From a virus: a stretch of 64,000 bases of DNA. The position numbers and the translations under genes are program-made. The stretch lies in IMG/VR virus record IMGVR_UViG_3300035696_000007, positions 96,001 to 160,000 of that record; one strand, 5' to 3'. A model generated the notes under the pieces. That model made no database searches. It saw only the letters and a list, made by a program, of their open reading frames with translations, and was not told the origin of the DNA. This document shows, one piece after another, positions 42,352-52,332 of this stretch (positions are counted from its first letter, which is position 1; each line of letters begins with the position of its first letter).

Positions 42352-43470
42352 TCAGCCGAGGATTTCCTTGACGGCCGCGACGATCTGCGCGGGGTCGCGC
42401 GGCAGCACGCCGCACCACCCGGAGGTCCTAGTCGGGCAGTAGGAAGGGAACTGCGGCCGGTAGACGAGGCACGGGGCGTGCGGGCACACCTTGGGGTCGC
42501 GGAGCGGTCGGTGACCCTTGTAATAGGCCACCCTGTAAGCCGGGTCCGTCGAGCCCCATAGGCCGACGCACGGGCGCCCCCAGACGCCCATGGCGTGGCA
42601 GAGCAGGCTATCGGGACCGACGCCAACCTCGGCCAGCTCGGCCATCGCGAACAAGTGGCGAAGCGAGGGGAAGCAGATGATCTCGACATTGGAGGCGCCG
42701 TCGGGCTTCTTCCAGAAGCCTTGCGGCACGAATGAGTCGACGATGCTGAACCAGTGGATGCCGGGGAAGGCCTTCGCCAGGGCGGTCAAAGTGGCCACGG
42801 ACAGATCGGCCGGCAGCGTGCGCGTCGGCGAGGTGGCGGAAGGCTGGTAGAAGGCCACCTTGCGGCCCGCCCGGAACCTTCTGGCCATCGCCCGCTCGCC
42901 GTCGGACAGCGCAGGCGCCACGCACTTCGCCTCGCTCGGCACCAGGTCGGGGTCGATCCCCATCCGGTGAAGCACGGCGTCGATCGGGTGAAGCTGGCCA
43001 GGGTGCTCGTCGACGTTCGTTATTTGCTCGAAGAGGCAGAGCTCGTCGAAGCCGCGAAAATAGTCCAACGGCTTGGGGAGGCTGCTGACACCCTTCACCC
43101 AGGGGAAGTGCCACCAGCACGTCTCATTGCCCTTGAAGTCGGCCAGGACGTGGACGGCGTAGCCCGCGCTCTCCGCGAGCCACCGGACGACCGGCCACAT
43201 CATCAGCTGGTCCCCGTAGCCCCCGGCGCCCGTGTGGAACAGGACGCTCTTGCCCCCACCACCGTGCGGGTCGACGCGGAACTGCCTCAAGCGGGGCTCG
43301 AAGAAGCTGCTGCGCTTAAACTCGGCGGCGACCTTGGGCTCGGCGACGAGCCTCTCCCAGTGGTGGGCGGAGATGACGTAGTCCCGGCCTGCCTCGAAGC
43401 GGAACGGCTGCTCGCCCTCGGACTTGCGGAAGTTGACGTTGAAGTCGCGGATGAACGTGACGAGCTGCAT
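42352..43470 (-). CDS. GT9 (heptosyltransferase-like) glycosyltransferase
   Basis: GGYGDQLM, VGPDSLLCHAMG..P.VGLWGST.P, CPHAPC. Confidence 0.85.
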   Translation of the reverse strand: MQLVTFIRDFNVNFRKSEGEQPFRFEAGRDYVISAHHWERLVAEPKVAAEFKRSSFFEPRLRQFRVDPHGGGGKSVLFHTGAGGYGDQLMMWPVVRWLAESAGYAVHVLADFKGNETCWWHFPWVKGVSSLPKPLDYFRGFDELCLFEQITNVDEHPGQLHPIDAVLHRMGIDPDLVPSEAKCVAPALSDGERAMARRFRAGRKVAFYQPSATSPTRTLPADLSVATLTALAKAFPGIHWFSIVDSFVPQGFWKKPDGASNVEIICFPSLRHLFAMAELAEVGVGPDSLLCHAMGVWGRPCVGLWGSTDPAYRVAYYKGHRPLRDPKVCPHAPCLVYRPQFPSYCPTRTSGWCGVLPRDPAQIVAAVKEILG

Positions 43471-43725
43471 TGTTGCCTTTGAAGAACTTGCCTGCCGCGG
43501 GGCGTGAGTTCGACCCGGGCCACCCCGCGCGTTACGAGCACCCCCCAGTCGTCGACGACGGCCTCGGGCACGGAGCGCCCCTCGGCGTCAACCCCGGATG
43601 GCGCCCACATCCGAACCAAGCCCCTGCGACGGAGAGCCAACCGAAGCTGCCGACGGCTCAGCGACCGGCCACCATCGACCACCCGCAGCAGCTCGCCCAT
43701 TTCGTCCATGTCCACTAGAACTGGC

Positions 43726-44457
43726 TCACGAAAGCTTCTCGCACATCAGGACCGAACCGGTCGAGACCCAGTTGCCAGTCTGCGACCCGGACGTGGACAC
43801 GGCGGCTATGGACAGCGTGTAAGTGCCGGCCGGCGACACGACGACGTTGGACACGGCGATAGCGCCCATCCCGACGTTGCGCCCGAAGCCCGAGCCGCCC
43901 GTCCGAAGGGCGGTGAAGGAGGTGGTGACTATGCCAATGCCGGTGATGGCCCCGACCTGGCTCACCTGGATGTTCGAGTTGCCGCCGGAGTCGTTGTCGT
44001 AGCCCATCGTCTGGAGGCTCAGCTGCCACGTCCCCGCCGCCAGGTAGGCCGTCCGGGTGGTGGCCCCGCCCGAACTGACCAGCGTGTAGTGCGTCGGGTA
44101 CACCACCGAGGCCGGCGGGGCGACGACCTGCCAGCCGGAGCCGTCGTTGTACACGTACTCCCCCTGGAGCGTGGTGTCGTAGAAGAGGAAGCCGTTCGCA
44201 GGGTTGGAGGGCCGCTGGTTAGTCGTGCCGAAACCGACCATGGCGGCCGCAGGCGCCACCGGGATCGAGACGGGCTGCCAACTCGTGTCGTTCCAGACGT
44301 ACTCCTGGCCGATGGTGGTGTCGTAGTAGAGGAAGCCGTCCGGCGGGTTGCCGGGGCGCTGCGCGCTGGTGCCGTAGCCGACCATCACCAAGGCCGTGGC
44401 GGCGGCCGGGGGCTGGGTCTGGAGGCTGGCGCTCTGCGGTGTCGCTGTCGATGCCAT
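43726..44457 (-). CDS. Tail-fibre-associated protein with duplicated GTxxQRP..YDTT..W repeat
   Basis: Two copies of YG/FGTxxQRP..GFL.YDTT...Y.WN. Confidence 0.7.
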   Translation of the reverse strand: MASTATPQSASLQTQPPAAATALVMVGYGTSAQRPGNPPDGFLYYDTTIGQEYVWNDTSWQPVSIPVAPAAAMVGFGTTNQRPSNPANGFLFYDTTLQGEYVYNDGSGWQVVAPPASVVYPTHYTLVSSGGATTRTAYLAAGTWQLSLQTMGYDNDSGGNSNIQVSQVGAITGIGIVTTSFTALRTGGSGFGRNVGMGAIAVSNVVVSPAGTYTLSIAAVSTSGSQTGNWVSTGSVLMCEKLS

Positions 44458-44460
44458 GGC

Positions 44461-45978
44461 TCAGGAGATTGCGTTGGCCGGCTTGTCGCCGGTGATGACG
44501 ATTTCGACCTGGTTGGTGCCCCAGGAGGTGACGTTCCAGGCGGTGCCACCCATGGGCACGACGGAGACCAGCGGGACAGTCGTAAGGCCGAACAGCGGGT
44601 TGCCGTGGGTGCTGGCCTCGATGACCGTGTCCGCGACCGTCCAGTTGGCCCGGGCGCTGTTGGCCAGCGTGGGCAGGTTGATCTGGAGGTCGCCGTAGAA
44701 CACCAGCCCGGCGCGGCCCCGCAGCCAATTCATCGAGCTGTAGGGCTGGGCGGGCGGGCCGCCGAAGATGACGGACTCGACGAACGGGAAGTTCCAGATG
44801 GTGCCGACGACGATGATGTCGTAGCCCGGCTGGGCCGTCGTGGGGTCGGCGACGAAGCTGGCCTGGGGCGCGACGGCGACGGGCACCGAGGACTGGACGT
44901 AGCACGGGCCGGTGAACGGCCCGAAGAGCGGCAGCCACGGGGCGGACGGCGGGGCGTTGTACGTGGCGCCGACGTCGTTGTAGTACACCATCGTCTGGGT
45001 GGTGCCGGTGCCATTAAGGACCACCGCGCCGTACGGGTACTGCGTGCCCGCGGCGAAGTACCCCATGTATATGAAGCCCTGAGTGCCCGTGGCGCCCACC
45101 TCGCCCTGCACGCCCTGCGCGGCGGCGGCGAGCACGTCCCAGTTGGTCGACGGCGCATTGGCGGGCAGGGGCGGGACGACGCCCGTGCACGGCAGGATGT
45201 TGATGTAGCTGACCAAGCCGATCGTGCCGTCCCAGTCGTGGCTGACGCCGTCGTTGACGGCGTAGATGGAGGTGTTGCTGTACGCGCCGCGCCAGTTGAG
45301 GCCGGCGAGGCCGGGGGCGCCCGGAGGGCCGACGACGCCCACCCCCTGCGGCCCCTGCGGGCCGGGGGCACCCTGCGAGCCCTGCACGCCCGGGCCGATG
45401 ACACTGCCCGTCTGGGCGGTGGTCGGGCGGACAGTCATCATGATCGAGGCGACGACCTCGGTCGGCGTGACGCCGGTGTTAGTGAGCTGGACGACGAACT
45501 CGCCCGTGCCGTAGAAACTGGTGCCCGCGCCGGATTCCTTGTAGGTGGAGACGGCGGTAACCGAGCCGGTCGTCTGGCCGAACGTGTTCGCGTTGTAAAG
45601 GACCTCCAGGAGCACCTGCTGGGTGACGGGGGTGGAGGAGACGGTCGAGTCAATCAGCCGGGCCTCGAAGCCGGGTGGGATGCGGTAGTTGGTGGCGACC
45701 ACCGACTCGCCGGGGCCCAGCGCCGTCCAGATGGCCGGCAGGTTCATCAGCTGCTCCTTGTTGTTCACGACCGCGATCAGCTCGTTGAGCTTCGCGGAGA
45801 GCAGGGCGTCGCGGTACGCCAGCATGCGGGTGACGTTGCTGATGGCCGGCGCGTCCAGCGGGCTGCTGGGGCCGAGGTGCTGCACGTCGCCGCCGTTGTA
45901 GTTGATCGGCGAGCCGTCCGGGAGGGAGAGCGGGCTGACCAAGCCCAAGGTGCCTGTGCTGACAATCTGAGTCGCCAC
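44461..45978 (-). CDS. Tail fibre protein with short collagen segment
   Basis: GVQGSQGAPGPQGPQG, NWRGAYS..YAVND repeats; TAGTTA-N4-GTG. Confidence 0.7.
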   Translation of the reverse strand: MATQIVSTGTLGLVSPLSLPDGSPINYNGGDVQHLGPSSPLDAPAISNVTRMLAYRDALLSAKLNELIAVVNNKEQLMNLPAIWTALGPGESVVATNYRIPPGFEARLIDSTVSSTPVTQQVLLEVLYNANTFGQTTGSVTAVSTYKESGAGTSFYGTGEFVVQLTNTGVTPTEVVASIMMTVRPTTAQTGSVIGPGVQGSQGAPGPQGPQGVGVVGPPGAPGLAGLNWRGAYSNTSIYAVNDGVSHDWDGTIGLVSYINILPCTGVVPPLPANAPSTNWDVLAAAAQGVQGEVGATGTQGFIYMGYFAAGTQYPYGAVVLNGTGTTQTMVYYNDVGATYNAPPSAPWLPLFGPFTGPCYVQSSVPVAVAPQASFVADPTTAQPGYDIIVVGTIWNFPFVESVIFGGPPAQPYSSMNWLRGRAGLVFYGDLQINLPTLANSARANWTVADTVIEASTHGNPLFGLTTVPLVSVVPMGGTAWNVTSWGTNQVEIVITGDKPANAIS

Positions 45979-46010
45979 GCCCTAACTATTCCCGGCGCGG
46001 CGCGGCGCCT

Positions 46011-46325
46011 TCAGGGGGCGAGGCCGTGGAGGCGCCCGAAGGCCTTGAAGACTTTGAAGGTATAGCTGATCCTGATCCCCAGGAGGTAGTTCCGCTTCAC
46101 CTTCCGCACGCCGCTCGCGTCGCGCATGAAGCCCATCGTGACCGTGCGGGCCCCCCGCTTGACCGGCTTCAGGACGCCCACGTGGCCGACGCAGATCTGG
46201 GAGCGGCTGGCGACGCCATCCTCGAAGAACCCGACCACGGCCCGATAGGCCGTCTGGGCCTGGGAGTAGGTGAGGCCGGCGTCGACGAACCGGCGGATGA
46301 AGTCGACGCGCTTGAGCTTGGGCAT
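46011..46325 (-). CDS. HU/IHF-like DNA-binding protein
   Basis: Basic; LTYSQAQTAY..ICVGHVGVLKPVKRGAR..YTFK fold pattern. Confidence 0.65.
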   Translation of the reverse strand: MPKLKRVDFIRRFVDAGLTYSQAQTAYRAVVGFFEDGVASRSQICVGHVGVLKPVKRGARTVTMGFMRDASGVRKVKRNYLLGIRISYTFKVFKAFGRLHGLAP

Positions 46326-46329
46326 ACCG

Positions 46330-47040
46330 TTAAGAACCGGAAAACGAAAGCGGGGCGAGGAGCGTGTACGTCTGCGGCCCCAGGTTGGAGGTGAAGGTGA
46401 TGAGGATGTTCACCTGGGTGCCCTGCTGCGTCGCCTTGACGTCGGTGAGCGTCACGCGGGGTTCGTTCGCACTCACGGCCGAGGTGACGAGCTCCCGTAC
46501 GGCGTTGAGCAGCGAGGGGTCGTTCGGGTCGAACACCAGCCTCCGCACACCGCACCCGAAGTTCGGGCGCATGAGCCGCTCCCCGGGGTTCGTGAACAGG
46601 ATCGAGACCAGCGACGCCTCAAGGCAGAGGCCGTCGGTACCCACGTTGAACTGCCAATCCTGGGCGTCTGGGAAGCCGTTGATCCGAGGGAAAATCGGCC
46701 CGAAGTACACGGGAGCCGCGGTCGGGACGACAGCCTGGTTGGCTAGGACGACGGTGAGCGGCGACATCCACACGGCCTGGGTCTGGTTCGGGACCTCGGC
46801 GTTGACGGCCGTGATGCGGATCAGGTAGGTGCCGGGCGGGTAGGCGTGCTCGACGGCGACCGGGCCAAGCGGCTTCGTCTGGAGCGGGTACGCCTGAGTC
46901 TGCCCGTCGCCCCAGGCGACGGTGGCCGCCACTTGGGACAGGTAGGGGTCGGTCTCGTCGACGGTGAAACTGAGCGTCACGACGGCCTTGGAGACCGTCT
47001 CGATCTGCGTGGCGGAAACGGTGGCGATGATGGTGACCAT
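46330..47040 (-). CDS. Baseplate wedge gp25-like protein with N-terminal PKD domain
   Basis: ILFTNPGERLMRPNFGC..FDP..EPRV; WGDG..HAY..GTY. Confidence 0.9.
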   Translation of the reverse strand: MVTIIATVSATQIETVSKAVVTLSFTVDETDPYLSQVAATVAWGDGQTQAYPLQTKPLGPVAVEHAYPPGTYLIRITAVNAEVPNQTQAVWMSPLTVVLANQAVVPTAAPVYFGPIFPRINGFPDAQDWQFNVGTDGLCLEASLVSILFTNPGERLMRPNFGCGVRRLVFDPNDPSLLNAVRELVTSAVSANEPRVTLTDVKATQQGTQVNILITFTSNLGPQTYTLLAPLSFSGS

Positions 47041-47043
47041 GGC

Positions 47044-48939
47044 TCAGCCTCGCGACACCGGCGACCAGGCCCTCCACGCCTCGCCCTGGGCCTTCTGGAC
47101 GTCGTTCGCGAAGTGGTCGAGCTGCCCGAACGACGAGACGATGAGGTCGCCCGGCTTGATCGCCCCGTCCAGCCGGTCGGGCCGGGTCTGCTCACTCTCG
47201 AAGATCTTGCGCCCGTGGTGGGCCAGCGTCCTGTGGTTGCTGCGGGTGTCGTAGACGACTTGGCGCAGGTCCTCGACCACCGTGCGGAGGTAGCGGTTGC
47301 CCTGCACCTTCTTCTCGATCTCCTCAAGGAGCTGGCGGGTGGTGTCGCCGCGGGCCGTGCGCTGCTTGCTCTCCGTGGGGCCCTTGGCCTCCGGGGGCAG
47401 CGCCGTCATGAAGGCGTCGACCACCTCGGAGGGCAGGTGCATGTACTTCTTGAAGATGACCTCCAGCCAGACCTCCTGCGGGAGGCTGTACTTGTCGACG
47501 ACGTCGCCAAGCTTCTGGAGGATGTCGACCTGCTTTTCCAGCATCTCCAGCTTCATCTGGTCCTCCAGGGACCCGATGTCGCTCATCCTGGTGCGGATGT
47601 CGAGGTTGGTGATGTTCTTGCCCTTCAGGAGGCAGTGGAAGTAGGCCAGCCAGGTGTAGCCGTTGATGATGGGGCGCCGCAGGGCCTTGACCTTGCGGTA
47701 GAACCGAGCGTCCTGAGCGAGCAGCGCCTTGCCGGACGCGGGCTGGTTGCCACCCTCGCCGCCGCCCGTGCTGGCCATGCCGAGCCAGGACTTGGGCATG
47801 CCGATGATCGAGAAGAAGAGGTTCACGAGCATCTCGATGTCGTACACGTCGGGCACGGTGGTGGTGCCGGCCAGCTTCTCGATGGCATGGTTGAAGCCCT
47901 TCGGCTTCGCCAGCCAGAAGATGGTGTCGAGCGAGAGGGCGTTGTAGTAGGACTTGAAGTCGTTCGGGGTGGTGTAGTCGATGTTCTGCCCCTGCTGGTT
48001 GGTGGTTCCGCCCCAGCCGAAGGCCAGCTTGGCCCGCATGGACTGCTTCCACCGCTGGATGGTGCGCATTTGCTCGACGGGCGGCTGCTCCTGGGTGTCG
48101 ATGTTGACGACATAGCGGTCGGGCTGGACCTGGGCGCGATGGACGACCATCTGGTCGATGGCCAGGCGGAGCTTCTTGTAGATGCCCTGGGCCTCATCGA
48201 AGATCGGCTCGCCGTGCTCGTTGAGCCGGAGCCGGTACATGCGGCGGAAGTGGAGGAAGTCCCACGGGTAGTGGAGCTCCTCGGTGGACTGGCCGTCGGC
48301 GATCTCCGTGTGGGGGACGATCTTGTTGGCCTGCATCCAGAGGCTCTCCTTGTCGGGCTTCACCAAGTTGGACATGTTCTGGTTCCACCGGAAGCCGACG
48401 CACTGCCGGTTCTTGGCGAGCCAGTAGCGGCGCACGTCCATCGGATGGGCGAAGGCCATGCCCAGGACACCCTCCTTCTGGGCGTAATAGAGCTTCTCGA
48501 AGTGGTTGCCGAAGGCGGCGGTGTGCCAGAACTGCGACGGGAGGACGCCCTCCACGTCCAGCTTCTCCACGATGTTCTCGTTGAGGTCGTCCTCGACCTC
48601 GTGATCGTTGCTCTCGTACCAGAGCGTGCCAGGAGCCATGGAGTCGGGCTGGGTAGCCTCGTCAACCACCTCGACCAGGGCGGCCGCCAGCAGGTCCCAG
48701 GTCGACATGTCCTGCCAAAGGCGGAGCATCTCGTCGTACGAGGTGGGCATCCGCATGCTGGCGTTGTAGTAGCTCCAGACGTCCGGGTTGGCGATCTTGC
48801 TGTCGTCGAGGAAAGTCTGGTAGTCCCGCTCCCGGGTGGGCAGGTTGTCCATCCGCGGCGCCAGGGTGCTGGTGGCGACGCCCCCGCCCGTGATGCCCAA
48901 AAGGCTCAGCACGTCGCCAGCGATAGAGTGTTCGGCCAT
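47044..48939 (-). CDS. Portal protein (T4 gp20-like)
   Basis: AAALVEVVDEAT, FLHFR, KKLRLAIDQMVVHRA..PDRYV.NID, IEKLAG, LAQDARF.RKV. Confidence 0.9.
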   Translation of the reverse strand: MAEHSIAGDVLSLLGITGGGVATSTLAPRMDNLPTRERDYQTFLDDSKIANPDVWSYYNASMRMPTSYDEMLRLWQDMSTWDLLAAALVEVVDEATQPDSMAPGTLWYESNDHEVEDDLNENIVEKLDVEGVLPSQFWHTAAFGNHFEKLYYAQKEGVLGMAFAHPMDVRRYWLAKNRQCVGFRWNQNMSNLVKPDKESLWMQANKIVPHTEIADGQSTEELHYPWDFLHFRRMYRLRLNEHGEPIFDEAQGIYKKLRLAIDQMVVHRAQVQPDRYVVNIDTQEQPPVEQMRTIQRWKQSMRAKLAFGWGGTTNQQGQNIDYTTPNDFKSYYNALSLDTIFWLAKPKGFNHAIEKLAGTTTVPDVYDIEMLVNLFFSIIGMPKSWLGMASTGGGEGGNQPASGKALLAQDARFYRKVKALRRPIINGYTWLAYFHCLLKGKNITNLDIRTRMSDIGSLEDQMKLEMLEKQVDILQKLGDVVDKYSLPQEVWLEVIFKKYMHLPSEVVDAFMTALPPEAKGPTESKQRTARGDTTRQLLEEIEKKVQGNRYLRTVVEDLRQVVYDTRSNHRTLAHHGRKIFESEQTRPDRLDGAIKPGDLIVSSFGQLDHFANDVQKAQGEAWRAWSPVSRG

Positions 48940-48949
48940 ATCGTAAGTA
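48940..48949 (-). promoter_or_regulatory. Late promoter motif TANTTA-N4-start (representative copy, portal gene)
   Basis: TACTTA-CGAT-ATG; about 23 copies in window. Confidence 0.75.
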
Positions 48950-49010
48950 TTCCTCGGAGGCGCGTTTTTGATCGACGCCCGTGTTTACAAGAACAGTTCT
49001 TAGGGGCTAT

Positions 49011-49226
49011 ATGCCAAAGTTCGTTAATGAAGGCGAAGGGCTGGAGACCGTCGTCATCTTCAGGCTGACCGCGGCGGACTTCGCCGCCCTAGACAAGCAG
49101 GTGCGCGACCTGCGCATCATCAAGGTCCACTCCGCCAACCAACTCGCCCGGAAAATCGTGATCGACTACCTCAGGGAACGGCTCATGTACCTTAGCGAAG
49201 CCGACAGGCACATCTGCGGGCCCTAG
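49011..49226 (+). CDS. Small ribbon-helix-helix-like protein
   Basis: VVIFRLT..DF..LD..SANQLARKIVIDYL. Confidence 0.45.
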   Translation: MPKFVNEGEGLETVVIFRLTAADFAALDKQVRDLRIIKVHSANQLARKIVIDYLRERLMYLSEADRHICGP

Positions 49227-49543
49227 TCCAGCCGTTCGACCCGACCCTCGGCGGGCTCCACCCTGAAACGAACCTCGATGGCGAACGGCGAAGCGTCCTC
49301 ACAGTCCTCGGCCATGGCCGGGGCGGCGCAGCAAACCCACTTGGGGCCCATCGACTCCACGACGACCCCCGCGGGGTCACAGACTTCGGGCTGGGCGGCC
49401 AGGAAAGCCCTCACCGCCCCGGAAAGGCTGCCCTCGCGCACCTGCCTCGTCATCCAGGCCAGGACGCCGTCAGACGACTCGGCCAGCGGCGCCGGGTGCA
49501 GGCCGGTCAGCTCCCTGATCGTCCTCGTGCCCTTCAGCAGCAT
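49223..49543 (-). CDS. Hypothetical late protein
   Basis: AGGAGG RBS, tiled ORF. Confidence 0.5.
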   Translation of the reverse strand: MLLKGTRTIRELTGLHPAPLAESSDGVLAWMTRQVREGSLSGAVRAFLAAQPEVCDPAGVVVESMGPKWVCCAAPAMAEDCEDASPFAIEVRFRVEPAEGRVERLD

Positions 49544-49955
49544 GCTCGCCCTCCTCCTGCGGCGCCACTTCGAGCTCGGACAGGTCCTCGTCGGTCGGGT
49601 GGAACCTAAACCCGGTGCAGGGCGCATCGTGCCGGTAAAACTTGAAGATCTCGACCTTCGCGCAGCCGGAGAGCTTGACCACGCCCTCGATCAGCTCCTT
49701 CGGCAGGCGCCAAAAGCTGAACTCGATCGCGTCGTCGACCACGCCGGAGTTGATCATGAAGGTCACCAGGCCGGGTGCCGCGCTAAAGAAGCGGAGCACA
49801 AGCAGATCCGCGAAGACCTTCAGCTTGGCCTCGCGGTCGAGGCTGCCCTTCTCGGCCGACGGCTCGTCAGCCCTGTCGTTCTTCACGGGCAAGCCTTGCG
49901 CAAGGGCGGTGGTGGCCCCCTCAGAACCGATGTCAGCTGCGTTGAAGTCCGGCAC
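49470..49955 (-). CDS. Hypothetical late protein
   Basis: TAGTTA-N4-GTG. Confidence 0.55.
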   Translation of the reverse strand: MPDFNAADIGSEGATTALAQGLPVKNDRADEPSAEKGSLDREAKLKVFADLLVLRFFSAAPGLVTFMINSGVVDDAIEFSFWRLPKELIEGVVKLSGCAKVEIFKFYRHDAPCTGFRFHPTDEDLSELEVAPQEEGEHAAEGHEDDQGADRPAPGAAGRVV

Positions 49956-50266
49956 GCCTTAACTACAGGAGGCAGAGAGCGCGGCAGATGAAGTGCCGCA
50001 GCCAAGTGTCGCGGACGGACAACGTCGGCCTCACGGGCAGCCAGAACGGCTGCTCGACGATCACACGGGCCAGCAGCCTGCCGTTGACCTCAAGCCGATA
50101 TACTTCGACATCGCGCATCACCATAAGAACCAGGGGCAGGGTCGCCGCCCGGCCCACGGGGAGCCTTATGACCCCGAAACAATTACCGGCTATGATCATG
50201 GTGGAAAAACCCATAGAGGCGCCCCCAGGGACGAAGTAAACAAAAACCGAACAGTTCTCAGGGCGG

Positions 50267-51316
50267 ATGAAGATCCTAGTCTATACCGACGTGCAGGCGA
50301 CGGAGGGCGCCGAGCGGTGCCGGGCCAGGCCGGAGGTCACGCTCCAACGGTATCGCACGGCCCGCTTCTTCATCGAGCTGGAGCGCCTGGCCCGGGAGCG
50401 CCGGGTGGACGCCGTCTGGGACCTCGGCGACACGCTGGACAACCGCAGCGAAATCCCCGTGCCGACCATCCAGGTGGTGGAGGCCGGGCTGGCGTGGCTC
50501 ATGCGGGGGCGGGGCGGCCCCCTGTGCTACAAGCTGATCGGCAACCATGAGCAGCACCAGAAGGCCGCCGGCGTCCACACGGGTGCCCTCTTCAACCCCT
50601 TCTTCCGCGTCGTGCCCGAACGCGAGGTCTTCGACTGGTCGCGGGTTGAGGAGGACGGCCCCTGGATCATCGCGGCGGCCTTCCCCTACGACTTCGAGGA
50701 CGCCGCGGCCTGGATCAGGGCGGAGGTGGTCCGGGGCCGCGAGGCCAACCGGAACGTCATCGTCATAGGGCACCTGCCCCTGAAGGGCGCCAGGCTGCCA
50801 GGAGGGCCGCTAGCGACGGGCCTGGAGGCGGACTGCCTTGAAGGCGCGGACTTTGCCCTGCTCGGCCACGTCCACCGGCACCAGGAGGTGCGACGCAGCT
50901 ACTGGTACGTGGGCTCGCCATTCCAGCAGGACTTCGGGGAGGCGGGCGAGCCGAAGGGCGTCGCCCTATTCGACACCCGGACGCTGGAGGTGGAGTTCGT
51001 CGACCTCGGCGGGTTCCCACAGTATAGGGTGGCCGAAGCGGCGGGGCTGCCGGACGAGCTGGCCCTCGGCGAGGACCGGTGGAAGATCCTCGTGCGCGAC
51101 CGGGCGCAGGCCCAGGCGATCTACGCCAGGCCGTGGGCGCCGGAGGTCGAGCTGACCTACCTGTACGAGGAGGCCGCAGCCCGCGACCCGGAGGCGAACG
51201 TGCTCGTGGGCGAGCCGGAGAGCCTCGTCAAGGAATACCTGGCTACCCACCCGGCGGCGGGTCTCGACGGGGCGCGACTACTGGAGATGGGGATGGGGTT
51301 CCTGCGCGGGCAATAA
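50267..51316 (+). CDS. Recombination nuclease, gp47/SbcD/Mre11-like metallophosphoesterase
   Basis: TDVQ, LGDTLD, GNHE, GH, GHVHRHQ, YVGSPFQQDFGE. Confidence 0.9.
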   Translation: MKILVYTDVQATEGAERCRARPEVTLQRYRTARFFIELERLARERRVDAVWDLGDTLDNRSEIPVPTIQVVEAGLAWLMRGRGGPLCYKLIGNHEQHQKAAGVHTGALFNPFFRVVPEREVFDWSRVEEDGPWIIAAAFPYDFEDAAAWIRAEVVRGREANRNVIVIGHLPLKGARLPGGPLATGLEADCLEGADFALLGHVHRHQEVRRSYWYVGSPFQQDFGEAGEPKGVALFDTRTLEVEFVDLGGFPQYRVAEAAGLPDELALGEDRWKILVRDRAQAQAIYARPWAPEVELTYLYEEAAARDPEANVLVGEPESLVKEYLATHPAAGLDGARLLEMGMGFLRGQ

Positions 51317-51345
51317 AAAAGCCCTGTGATTCTCGGCCCACAGGG
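51315..51345 (-). terminator. Terminator-like hairpin
   Basis: CCCTGTG..CACAGGG followed by T-run on minus strand. Confidence 0.5.
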
Positions 51346-51550
51346 AAAGCCGTGCAAGAGGCGCCGTAAGGCTAGCGCGATCTGCTGACCTGCGCCAAGA
51401 AGACCACAGAGCGTCTCCCTGTCAACTCTGTTCACGATATGATTTGCACCCAATCATATCGAACAATCGAAGCCCGGAGGCGGTGATTAATCTGCTAAGG
51501 CGTGCCGTTCACGGTGCGCGTCCACATCACCATCAACCCAGCCAATCCCC

Positions 51551-52018
51551 ATGCTCAACCAACTCAGTGGCGTCCCCTTCGGGACAGACGCCACCACCCT
51601 GGCAGGCTATGCGATTGCCGTTAACGACCGCCTCGGTAACGTCAACTTCATCGTCGAGAACACCGGAGCGAACAATCTTTGGATCGAGTTCCGCGAGTTC
51701 GTCGGCGTCGCCAACACTCCAGTGGCCGCCTCCGGCTACTCGACCATTGGCGCTGCGTTCACCGTCGTCCCCGGCGGCCAGATCACGCAGTCGCTGTCGA
51801 TCCTCAGCCAGCAGGTTGGGTTCTTCGGCTCAGGCAGCACCACAGCCAACATCTCCTGCGTCTTCCGCAACCCGGCCGACCGGCGCGGCGCGCAGATCGA
51901 TCTGGCCATCGTGGGCCGCGTGGGCTGGAGCGTCGACCCGGCTTACCCCGTCAAGGCCTTCCGGCCGAACTGGGGCTCGCCGCCCGACAGCCCAACCACC
52001 CCGCCGACCAATCAGTGA
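51551..52018 (+). CDS. Putative virion protein
   Basis: Beta-rich ORF, followed by terminator. Confidence 0.55.
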   Translation: MLNQLSGVPFGTDATTLAGYAIAVNDRLGNVNFIVENTGANNLWIEFREFVGVANTPVAASGYSTIGAAFTVVPGGQITQSLSILSQQVGFFGSGSTTANISCVFRNPADRRGAQIDLAIVGRVGWSVDPAYPVKAFRPNWGSPPDSPTTPPTNQ

Positions 52019-52332
52019 TCGCGGGCGCCAGCAGACTTCAAAGGGCCGCCACGGGGCGGCCCTTTTTCTTGCTCAGGGTCGGCGCCGTTGGACCTCAGGC
52101 AGACGAGCGCGACCTGGTAGAGGTGCCGGGCGTGCTCGACCGTATGGGGGAGGATCACCCGCTCCCCCGACTCAAGGCCGTCCAGCTGGCGCTTCAGCTC
52201 CTTACGCTCCTCCTCGCACAGGCGAAGTTGCGCCAAGGCCGCGTCAACAAGGTGCGAAGGCACATGGTGACTCTGCACGAGGTACTCCCGCGCCTCGACC
52301 AACACCGCCTGGGTGTAGCTGGGGTCGTACAT
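52012..52332 (-). CDS. Hypothetical protein
   Basis: Tiled downstream of GroES. Confidence 0.5.
   Translation of the reverse strand: MYDPSYTQAVLVEAREYLVQSHHVPSHLVDAALAQLRLCEEERKELKRQLDGLESGERVILPHTVEHARHLYQVALVCLRSNGADPEQEKGPPRGGPLKSAGARDH
52041..52070 (+). terminator. Intrinsic terminator
   Basis: AAGGGCCGCC-ACGG-GGCGGCCCTT then TTTCTT. Confidence 0.75.
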
